NCBI GenBank assembly: GCA_002104905.1
Contig: MCFE01000459.1
Coordinates: 1 to 64,000 of the forward strand
Source of the DNA: Basidiobolus meristosporus CBS 931.73
Lineage: Eukaryota; Fungi; Basidiobolomycota
Direction of reading: 5' to 3'
DNA length: 64,000 bases
Shown: piece after piece, positions 50,890-62,026 of the stretch
How the letters are laid out: each line of letters begins with the position of its first letter
Position numbering within the stretch: the stretch's first letter is position 1
Made by a program: the position numbers and the translations under genes
Notes under the pieces: generated by a model
The model's database searches: none
What the model saw: the letters and a program-made list of their open reading frames with translations, nothing else
Told to the model about the DNA's origin: nothing

Positions 50890-53577
50890 CCCACTACTAC
50901 CTTGGGTATTCCACATATAGATTGAATCAAGAGAAACTATGGCCTCCTGCTTACTAACCTCAACAAAGACACACACCTGCTGCAATTGACATACTTTTAT
51001 CACCTCAGCTTTACAGCTTTTTAGTATGATACTTACAAAGTTGCCATATACCTTGTACTGCTGCTAACATATACATTTTGCAAACATATGCTTGGTTGTT
51101 GCCACTTCTGACAAGAATACCTCCTGTACATCCGCAAAGAACTTCTTGGTAGTTAACGAATATATTCCGTCACCCTGCTGGATTCTAGTCCCCCTTATAG
51201 GTGCGCTTTGCTTTTTGCTTGTGTGCATTCCATATTGAATGATATAGAAGTTGACTTGTGACCATGAGAAGTCTGGCATACCTTGGTAGAGTTTTCCTGA
51301 TAAAAATTAGTTGCTTGTTGCACCCAACCCAACTTTGCATTACATAACTGATTACCCACAAATTGGGGCTGCTTAGCTTCTTGATGCCATAGGCATAGAT
51401 GTCTCTATGTGCACATCTGTCCTCAGTAGTTCCTACTTTTCCTGGCTGTCCTCTATGTGCCAACTCATCACATCCATGATGGTCTTGAAGGTAATATTCT
51501 TGATGAGATTGTGATATGTTAGTACCTGCAACTTGACTTGTCTCCCTCTCTCCCCACACATCTGCTCCACAGGAAACTCCCAAAATGTGAGGCAAGACCC
51601 AATATTCTCCATATACCGTGTAAGATGGAGTAGAAAATGGATACAGTAGTGGCAGAGATACATGAGTTTAGCTTTATGTTTATAGTAAAGCCCCTCAAAT
51701 CCCATCACAAACTCCTCTCACAACACCTGTAGATGCGTCTAGTTGCCGTTGGTGATCTGCTTCTGGATAAATATTCCTACAATGTCCACATATGCCTCCT
51801 AATGCTTCCAATGAACTCTTGGTAGGAATGGCTTCAGAACACTATTTGAATAAATGCATATCCAGTGGATCCAGTCCTTGCATTTGTATTGTAGCATATG
51901 TGTATGAATATTATTTGGAGCCCATGAGAAGTACTTAGGGTAGTGGATACTCTGTAATATCTTGCCAATTCTTTCAAATTACTCCGGTATCTTGAAGGGC
52001 TCTTTTAGCTGGAAATACCCCATGTACAACTTGGTCATCAGTATATGGATATTGTTGAAAAGCAAATGCATTGCTCCTAGTAGAAAGCTTTTGCTCCAAC
52101 AGATACCCTCTATCTTAAGTATCTCCAGTTTCTAATTGATACCATATTCCGGCCAATGGTTTATAGCTGGCCCACTTTGCTGCAATTACATGCTGCCTTA
52201 TGTACATTCTCTCTGTGGAAAGATGATGTTCTTAGTGCTGGTGGTTGGGTAATAATAATGTATATGTTATGCAGTAAATCCCCTGGATCTCACACATTTG
52301 ACAACAATACCATCCATTGTGCCCAGAAAAACCTGCTATCTTGCTGATGACTGGGGTATCTACAATGCAGATAGTAATATACACTCTTACATGACAGCCA
52401 TTTACAGTTATCCTGCTGGATAGCATACAAAACTCATCCAGCAATGGATACAGGTAGCTATCCAGGTTGGATGGTGATTTAGGCCCAGATACCAGTGAGA
52501 CTACCATCAGATTTTTGCTCCAATACTGTTAGTTGGGCAGCAGATTCAGATTGATGAGAATCAGTGGCCAGCAGGATTTGCTGGTAGAGTATTTGTTTAA
52601 TGAGAATCTATCAAGTGCTAAATCAAAGGTGGTCATACATACCTTCAAAGTAGCCCTTGCTTCTTGGTTGTTTGTAATGTTTGCCATCAAATATATTGGA
52701 TACAATTGTGCTTGATTGATACTGAGTGTAGAACTGTATAGCTTTGCAGTATTTGTTGGACTGCATCAGCTTCCTCAGACAGTATATGGCCAGAATATAT
52801 CTGGAGTGTCAACAATGTTTTCCCTCACTGGTGGTGGATTCCTGACAATTTGGACATGTTGTAATGGTAGCATTTTCAGATGTAAATGCTATGCAACTGT
52901 TAGCACATGCTGGAACCGGGACAGTCTCTGGATCATATGTTGCCAGCTGCATGATGGTTGTCAACTTGTACCATGAGCATGGTGAGTCGCATCCTGGAAT
53001 GATTTTGGCAAGAAGTAGTAATAAATCCTCAAAGCCCCCATTACGGATATTAGTGGAAATGTGCCACTTCTCTAGTCACAACATTACATCATTCACCAGT
53101 AGATGGATGATTGGGCTCACCTGGCTCCATAAAGTATCCTTGGCATTTGCTTCAGCAGGTGTTGTCTCATTGCATATATGGGTTTGACCAGGCTCATATG
53201 TGGTACTGTTGTTGGGGGAGATGGGCTCAGAATCCATCAGTGAACCTTCTTTGTCAGAGCTATCACTCTGTGTGCCATATTTAGAAGGCTGTGGTGAACC
53301 TAAGGGCATCACAAACTTACCGGACTCAGTTTGCGCAAGGTGACAAAGATGGCCAGGAGCCAATACAGAAGAGAAGTATCAACTGGTTGGAAGATAATGT
53401 TGGTACAGTAGTAACCAATGAATGGTCAAGTATGACTTGGGTGGCAAAACACTGGCAGTGATTCTTCTTATACTTCCTATGCTTACTGTGTGCTTTATGG
53501 CTGAGAGGCTTGCCACAATAGCCACATGATCTTGTTTCTCTTTTCTTACGGTGTTGAGTCAAAGTAGCCTTGTCCAT
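50890..53577 (-). pseudogene. CACTA/EnSpm tnp2-type transposase
   Basis: GPKSPSNLDSYLYPLLDE, DTPVISKIAGFSGHNGWYCCQMC and FWEFPVEQMCG motifs in broken ORFs. Confidence 0.8.
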
Positions 53578-53840
53578 GGGGTAAACAGTTTCACCTTTAA
53601 CAACTTAATGCTGCTATATCACTTTTTGGTCAATACTCATATGAACTTACAACAGTCTTGTATTTGAGACATTCCACTTACATGAATGTAAGATTCAATG
53701 ATGACCTGCCATAGTAAGCACTATAAACAAAATTGTGGCACCACATACACCCATATATGAAGCACTATTTCCCCATTGGTTTGTCTCACTTCCATATATA
53801 TGCCACCAAAACATAAAGCAAAGTTGTCAGGCTCACAACC

Positions 53841-55560
53841 ATGCCCTCCTCTGACAGCAGCAGAAGAATGGTTGGACAACAGCTTGCTTTGGCATTCAGT
53901 GCAACAAGTGTAGCTACATTCAAAAAAAGCCCTGTGGAGTGTGTGCCCATTGAAGGTAATAATGCGGACTCCTCAGGCTCTCAGTCAAGCAGGCAATTGA
54001 GAACCTCTGCTGAGCCACAAGCTGACTGTTATGCTCAGGCAGATGAGAGTGTAGCAAATGCAGTACCCTCAGTTGAAGATCAGCAAGTGGCTGTCATAAC
54101 ATCACCACCCCCCATATTAGCAAGTATGTTGTCAACTCATACCAATGCATTAATGAAGTAATTAGGTGCAGCGGCTGATTGTAGAGATGCAATGACCCAG
54201 AAAAGTCATTGAACAGTCCAGACACAGGATGAGCAGATAAAAGGTGTACAGCAATAAATATCTTGGGGAGAGAAAGCAGTATCTTTGCTGCAAAGAAGGA
54301 ACCATAGTAGCTTAATGCCAGAGCCAAGAACTGTGGCATTTTCTGATGTAGCAGCAGAGGAACACCATAAAGTTTTTGAAGCACAACAACAGTGCCCAAA
54401 GAAAAAGCCCACAGAGAAACCTATCACAGTGTGGGAAGGAGACAATGTGGTGTTTATACAAAAGCCTAAAGATTATAAACATTGAAGATCTGTGATGCTA
54501 TTGTGTGCAATAATGAAGAGTGGGCTAATATACAAGAGGCTGTCAGAAGTCCAGTACACCATCCCCTTAAGGCTGGCATACCATTGGACCATCAGGGACT
54601 TAAGGCCAAGCAGAATACACTTGACTTATTCCATGAGCAGTATCCTGGATTCCAAAAGGCAATGGACTTTGGGCCAGCATTGGTATGCTAAGAAAGTATC
54701 TTAAGAATAGCAGAAACTATCAAAGGCAGAAGAACAAGGGTGCCATGGCTAAAAGCCAGCAGCTTCCTCAGGAGCCTGTTACAAGCAGGGCCAAAAGCTC
54801 CCAACAAGTGTCAAAGTGATGTCAGGTAGCTGGAAGAGTGCTAATCAGGGACAAGCAGGCAGACACAGATGAGCCAGCACAACATTTATCAGGGAAAAAG
54901 CTTAGTACCACTCAAGAAGCACCCAGTCAAAGTAGCAGTGAAGGACCTGGCAGTGATAAAAGCCAGTGGCATTTACAGGAGCCTATCACAACTACAGTTG
55001 AGAGCTCAAAACAAGCATAAAAGAAATGTCAGGTTACCAGAAGAGCACCAGCAAGGGACAAGCAGGCCAAAACAGAAGTGTCAGAGCAGAATTTATCCAG
55101 GAGAAAGTGTAGTTCATTACAAGAAGCACTCAGACAAAGTAGCAGTGAAAGACCTAGCAGTGATAAAGGAAAATGTAAAGGGAAAAATGTCTACCCAAGC
55201 CTGAGACAGGGAGGCATGCAAAAAAAGCTGTAGTTCTTGCCAATTGATGCTGCAAGCCAGGAACAGACTGAATACCATCATAGCCAAGAAGAATTATCAA
55301 CAAGAGGGCAGCCATTCTCATAAGAGTTGGAAGTGCAGCCAGTAGATCCACACTCCAGCAAGGTAGATGAGTTTGCTGAAGAAGGCAATTTGTCTACCAC
55401 AGCCTTCACAGCCTCCACTTCCTCCGTTGTTGCCAGAATGGAGATCCCGCTGACAGACAAGGCTACAACATCAAGAGCTTGAAAGACCATCACAATGCCT
55501 TCAGTGGAGTTTTGGAACATTAATAGGCACACCAAGAGGTTGCAGCACTTCTTCAAGAGC
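53841..55560 (+). pseudogene. CMC ORF2, low-complexity S/Q/K/A-rich protein with a 69-aa duplication
   Basis: Overlapping ORF pieces homologous to 45338-46657; 207-bp tandem repeat starting at 54751 and 54958. Confidence 0.55.
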
Positions 55561-56205
55561 AGTGCTCATGAAAATGCACTGAGATATTGCAAGGATTGAT
55601 TGCAAAGACTGGCAGAAGAGGAGCTAGACCTTGCAGTGCTGGCTGAAGACCAAGATGTGTGGGAACCAGTAAATGAACAGTGGCATAAAGCTGTTGCATT
55701 TCTGCCAAAGTTGTGGAACCAGAGCATTACAGCAGAAATACCTATTGAGTGGTGGATCTTAATGGAGTTACTTGCTTAGTGTGGGGTTGGGCTTAATGTT
55801 AGTGTAGGGTATAGAGACTTGTATTGGTTGATACATTTGGCAATTGAAGTACAACTGAAGTTTCAACAGAATCAATCAACTTGTATGCATGAAAAGTAAG
55901 AGAAGCGGTTGAGTTAGGAAGTAAGGAGTGTGAAAAAGAGGCAATAGGCAATCAATTCACACAAATGTAGGAGGCAATAGAGTGTCTGGGATCAGAAAGT
56001 GAGCAAATTGGTAGGAAACCAATCAAAAGCCACTTATACATTGTTGTAATGAAAAATTTTGACCAAGTTTTTTGTGAAATCTGGAGTGCAATTATTTTTC
56101 AATGGTCTCTGGATGGTGTCCCAAAGGGATCAGTTCCTCTTAGTCACAGGACTTTAACTTTGTGATAGCCTTTTGATGGGATCATTGCTATAATTTTTCA
56201 TAGGG

Positions 56206-57279
56206 ATTTGCTGCTCACCCAGGCATTCTCAGATGTTCTGCACCTGGTCTGTATCCATACCATGCTTCAAATGGAGTAGAATCATAAAGTAATCTGTCAT
56301 AGCTCCTATTTCTAAGGTGCACAGCTCTGGCAACTGATTCTGCCTAAAAATCATAGGACAATTTTTGATCATGGACCATAACTCTTGCCATATCAATTAT
56401 TGCTCTGTTAGCACTTTCTGCTGAACCATTTTGATGTGGGGAGTATGGTACAGTAGTCTCTTGCTTTATCCCATGATTTTTGCAGAAGTGGATAAAGAGC
56501 ACTGTGGTATTTTCTCCACCATTGTAGAGAGTGTTTTCTTGATTTTTTCACCAGTTTCTCTCTCCATCATGGGTTTGAGCTCCCTGAACTTAGACAGAGC
56601 TTCTTCCTTTATCTCCATAAAGTAGACCCACATGTATCTTATATAATCATCAATAAAAGTGATGAATTACTTCATCCCACCCAAGGATAAATTTGCATTG
56701 ATCCACATGGATCTGAGTCCATTAGATCTAGTTTTTTCTTAGTTTTGATTAACCCAGAGCTCTTGCACAGTTGTCTGGCTTGTTTCCCATATGTACAGGC
56801 TTCACAGTGCTCCAAATTAGATGGGGGATCATTTTTTACTCCAGGAATTAGCCAATCTTTAACCATTTTGCACAAATTATCAAAATTGATATGCCCAAAT
56901 CTTTTATGCCAAAGCAATGGTGTTTCTTCATTCAAGTTACTTATATTGGCATCCAGAATTGTCAAAGCTGAAACTAAGTCCTTCTGCAATAGCCTTTCTT
57001 ACAGAGAGTAGGTTCTTGGCTATTTCTGGTACATAGAGTACTACTTTAAAGGTCAGTATATGGCTTCCTTCACTGCTTTGAAGGTTTACTTGGAAAGTTC
57101 CTTCTCCCATTGCATCAAGTATTCTAATGTCACCCATGAAGACCTTTTTAATGGAATTTCTTGGTATGGGTAAAAAGTTATTTTTGGTGTGTAAAGTGTT
57201 AAGATGCTCCAGAGTCAATATACCACATCTGAGAATCCTTGTTTGTAGTCATTTTTAGTGCAGATATGAGTAGTCTATC
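56206..57279 (-). mobile_element. Copia-D fragment (PR, GAG-pre-integrase, IN); host of Copia-D copy 1
   Basis: LWHKRFGHINF, CEACTYGKQAR and DPCGSM motifs; reverse complement of 58420-59590. Confidence 0.85.
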
Positions 57280-59684
57280 TGTTGTAAAAACTTTTAATTC
57301 CACCTAAATATTCACCTAACTTAGTCACTTAGATCATTACCTTCAAATCCTAGAGAAAACTGACCAAATCCCTTGTTGGGATTTACTTAGAATATTTACC
57401 CAGAACATGAAAATTCTCAAAGTTGTCCAAACAGCCGCAAACTTTGCACACATGTTCTTGGAACCTTCCTTAACCATTCTACATGTTTGTAATGCTAAGA
57501 CCATGTAAAAGTATAAATACTACTTTTACATTCAGCAAATCATTAAGTGAAAACCACATAATCTACTAGTAGTACCAGATCACTTCCAATATCTCCAAGA
57601 CTCTTACACAGGCTATCAGCCCCAAGCTGTCACTCTCTGCAATGTCTACTACTGCTATTACTGGAACTTTTTTCTCTGCTGAGAAGTGGTACAGCTCTAA
57701 CTGCCAAGTGTGGAAGGTGAAGATGAAGATGTTGCTACAAGAAAGAGGCCTATGGTATATTGTCATGGGAGAGGAATGCCCTCCTAAAAAAGTGGGAGAG
57801 GAAGCTTTAAAGATCCAGAAGAAAGAACAAAGTGCCTTTAACTGCATTTGCCTTAATGGTATGGACAAATTGCTAATTCAATGCTCAAGAGCTAAAACAG
57901 CAAAGAATGCCTGGAAGGCATTAGAAGAAATGTACCAGTCATGTTTAGCTGCCAAGAATATGTATCTGAGACAAAAATTCTTTACTACCAAGATGCAGCC
58001 AGGAGAAGAAATGAAAAATCTAATTAGCAGAATTACCCTGCTGGTAGATGAAATGGAATCTGTGGGCATACAAACTACTGATGAGGATGTGATAGTGGCC
58101 ATCCTGAATAGCCTGGCAGAGGAGTTTCAGGGCCTTGTATCAGCGCTAGAGTCCAGAACGCAAGATTTGACCTTCAATTACATATATGGAAGGCTTCTGG
58201 ATAAAGAATTAAAAAATCAAGCGTCAATAAGAAGGAAGAAGAAAATGCTTTAATAAACAATGATAACCAACAAAGGAGGTACCCAAAATCCTACAATGGC
58301 TACAGCAACCTGTTTTGCAACTACTACAACAGGAAAGGTCACACATCAGACCAGTGTCTCAAAAAGAAAGATAATTAGCAAAAGAAGTATGAATATGGAA
58401 AAGCTGCAACAACTGAAGATAGACTATTTGTATCTGCACTAAATAGGACCATAGGCAAGGATTCTCAGATGTGCTTTTTAGACTCTGGAGCATCTCTACA
58501 CCTTACACACCATATAGAATGTTTTACCCAATATCAAGAAATTCCAATTAAGAAGGTTTTCATGGGCAACAATAGAACACTTGATGCAGTGGGAGAAGGA
58601 ACTATCTAACTAAACCTTTGAAGCAGTGAAGGAATCCATACACTGACTTTTAAAGAAGTACTCTATGTACCAGAAATAACCAAGAACCAACTATCTGTAA
58701 GCAAGGCCACTGCAGAAGGGCTCAGTTTCAGCTTTGACAATTCTGGATGCAGGATCACTGATCAAAATGATGCCCATATTGCTTTGGGTATCAGAGACCA
58801 GAATATATACAAGTTGACTTATATTCCATCATATCTGGAGGCCAATATAAGTAACTTGAATGAAGAAACACCAATGCTTTGGTACATGAGATTTGGACAC
58901 ATCAATTTTGATTATTTGTGCAAAATGATCAAAGATCAGCTAATTTTTGGAGTAAAAATTGCTCACCCAGCTAATTTGGAGCACTGTGAAGCCTGCATAT
59001 GGAAAACAGGCCAGACAACTGTTCAAGAGCTCTGGGTTGATCAAAACTAAGAAAAAATTAGATCTAATTCACTCAGATCTGTGTGGATCAATGCAAAATT
59101 TATCCTTAAGCAGGATGAAGTATTTAATCACTTTATTGATAGTTATACAAGATACACATGGGTTTACTTCATGGAGAGAAAGGAAGAAGCTCTGTCTAAG
59201 TGCAGGGAGCTCAGACCCATGGTGGAGAGAGAAACTGGTGAAAAAAATCAAGAAAATATGCTCTGATAATGTTGGTGAATATACCTCAAAACTCTTCATT
59301 CACTTCTACAAAACTCATGGGATAAAGTAAGAGACTACTGTACCATACTCCCCACAGCAAAATGGAGTAGCAGAATGTGCAAACAGATCAATAATTGATG
59401 TGGCAAGATCTATGATCCATGATCAAAAATTATCCTATGATTTTTGGGCAGAATCAGTTGCCACAGCTGTGCACCTTAAAAATAGGAGTTATAGCAGAAT
59501 ACTTTGTGATTCTACTCCACTTGACGCATGGCATGGCTACAGACCAAGTGCGGAGCATCCAAGAATATCTGGGTGTATAGTATATGCCAAGAAACTGTCC
59601 AGAAATCAGTCAAAATTTGAGCCAAAAAGTGTAAAATGCATATTTTTGGGTTACTGCACATAGAGGAAAGCATACAGACTCTAC
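57280..59684 (+). mobile_element. Copia-D copy 1 (5' LTR, gag, PR, IN), interrupted at 59685
   Basis: LTR at 57280-57610; decayed PBS GGCTATCAGCCC; gag ORF 57642-58253; IN ends EPKSVKCIFLGYC. Confidence 0.88.
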
Positions 59685-62026
59685 TGTTGTAAAAATTTGG
59701 AATTCCACCTAAATATTCACTTAACTTAGTCACTTAGATCATTACCTTCAAATCCTAGAGAAAACTGACCAAATTCCTTGTTGGGATTTACTTAGAATAT
59801 TTACCCAGAACATGAAAATTCTCAAAGTTGTCCAAGCCGCCCCAAACTTTGCACACATGCTCTTGGGACCTTCCTTAACCTATTCTACATGTTTTTAATG
59901 CTAAGACCATGTAAAAGTATAAATACTACTTTTACATTCAATTAATCATTAAGTGAAAACCACATAATCTACTTGTCCTCCCTATCACTTCCAATATCTC
60001 CAAGACTCTTACACCAGGTTATGAGCCCCAAACTGTCACTCTCTGCAATGTCTACTACTGCTATTACTGGAACTTCTCCCTCTGCTGAAAAGTTGGATGG
60101 ATCTAACTACCAAGTGTGGATGGTGAAGATGAAGATGCTGCTACAAGTAAGAGGCCTTTGGTATATTGTCATGGGAGAAGGATGCCCTCCTAAAAATGTG
60201 GGAGAGGAAGCCTTAAAGTACCAGAAGAAAGAACAAAGTGCCTTTAACTGCATTTGCCTTTATGTTAAGGACAAATTGCCAATTCAATGCTCAAGAGCAA
60301 AAAGAGTAAAGAATGCCTGGAAGGCATTAGAAGACACCCACCAGTCATGTTCAGCTGCTAAGAGAATGTATCTGAGGCAAATTTCTTTTCTAGAAAGATG
60401 CTGCCAGGAGAAGAAATGAAATATCTCATTAACAAAATTACCCTGCTGCTAGATGAAATGGAATCTGTGGGCATACCAACTACTGATGAGGATGTGATAG
60501 TTGCCATCCTGAATAGCCTGACAGAGGAGTTTCAGGGCCTTGTATCAGCCCTAGAGTCCAGAACTGAAGATTTGACCTTAAGATATGTATATGGGAGGCT
60601 TCTGGATGAAAAATTAAGAAAATCAAGTGCCAATAAGAAGGAAGAAGAAAATGCTTTAATAAGTAATTATAACCAACAAAGGAGGTACCCAATACCCTAC
60701 ATAGGCAATAGCAACCTGTTTTGCAACTACTGCCAAAGGAAAGGACACTCATCAGACTAGTGCAAGATGTCTGATCTAGGAGAACTCAATTACTACTTAG
60801 GGATTAAGTTCTCCATAGACAGAAGTACACAGACTATCACCCTAAGCCAATCCAAGTATATTCAAGATATACTAAAGAAGTACCAAATGGAAGACTGTAC
60901 ACTGGCAGCTACCCCAATGGAGACAAACCTTAACTTGGTCAAAACTCAACCAAATCAAGAGAGCTTGGTGCCATCTGAAAGCCCTGACTTTCCTTATCAA
61001 TCAATGATTGGCAGTGTGATGCGTATCATGCTTGGAACATGTCCAGATATCTTGTATTCAGTGGGAGTTGTCAGCCAACATAATCAGAACTATGGCTCTG
61101 ATCATATTGCAGCAGTTAAGCGGATTTTTAGATACCTAAAAGGAACTGCTGATATCTGCTTAAGATACACTTATAAGGACTCAGGACAGGATCTTGTGGG
61201 ATACTCTGATGCTGATTGGAGACAAATTATGGAAGACAGAAGATCCACCACAGGATACACCTTTCTTTAAGGTAAAGGAGCTATTTTGTGGAACTCAAGA
61301 AAGCAACCAACTGTAGCACTTTCTACCACAGAGGCAGAGTATATGGCAGCCTGTGAAGCTACAAAAGAAGCAATGTGGCTAAGAATGCTTTTTAAAGATT
61401 TGGGCCTATGTCAAAAAACACCTATTACTTTATTTCAGGATAATCAAGGATGTATACAATTAGGTAGAAATCCAACTTTTCATACTAGAACCAAGCACAT
61501 AGATATTAGACATCATTTCATATGTGAAGCTATAGAGAATTACTTAGCTAGCTTAGTTCACTGTCCTACAGATGAAATGATTGCAGACATATATACCAAA
61601 CCATTAGCTAGTGACAAGTTTGAATATCTTAGGTCAAAATTAGGACTAGTCAGTATGAACATTTAGCTGAGTGGGAGTGTTGTAAAAAGTTGTATTCCCA
61701 TCAAAATATTCACCTAACTTAGTCACTTGGATCTTTACCTTCAAATCCTAGAGAATACTAACCAAATTCCTTGTTGGGATTTTCTTAGAATATTTTCACC
61801 AAAATACCAGGTACCCAGGACATGAGAATTCTCAAAGTTGTCTAAATAGCCTCAAACTTTGCACACATGCTCTTGGGACCTTCCGTAACCTATTCTACAT
61901 GTTTGTAATGCTAAGACCATGTAAAAGTATAAATACTACTTTTACATTCAGCAAATCATTAAGTGAAAACCACATAATTTACTTGTTCTCCCAATCACTT
62001 CCAATATCTCCAAGACTCTTACAACA
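59685..62026 (+). mobile_element. Copia-D copy 2, internally deleted (LTR, gag, late RT, RNase H, LTR)
   Basis: LTRs at 59685-60016 and 61678-62026; PBS GGTTATGAGCCC at 60017; PPT GCTGAGTGGGAG; gag knuckle fused to MSDLGEL at ~60765. Confidence 0.9.

Larger units (their letters stand above)
50410..56205 (-). mobile_element. CMC/EnSpm-like DNA transposon, copy 2, near full length (~5.8 kb)
   Basis: Probable TIR C(T)CTATGAAAATTA at 50410 and TAATTTTTCATAGGG at 56205. Flanks do not form a TSD. Transposase on minus strand, ORF2 on plus strand. Confidence 0.7.
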
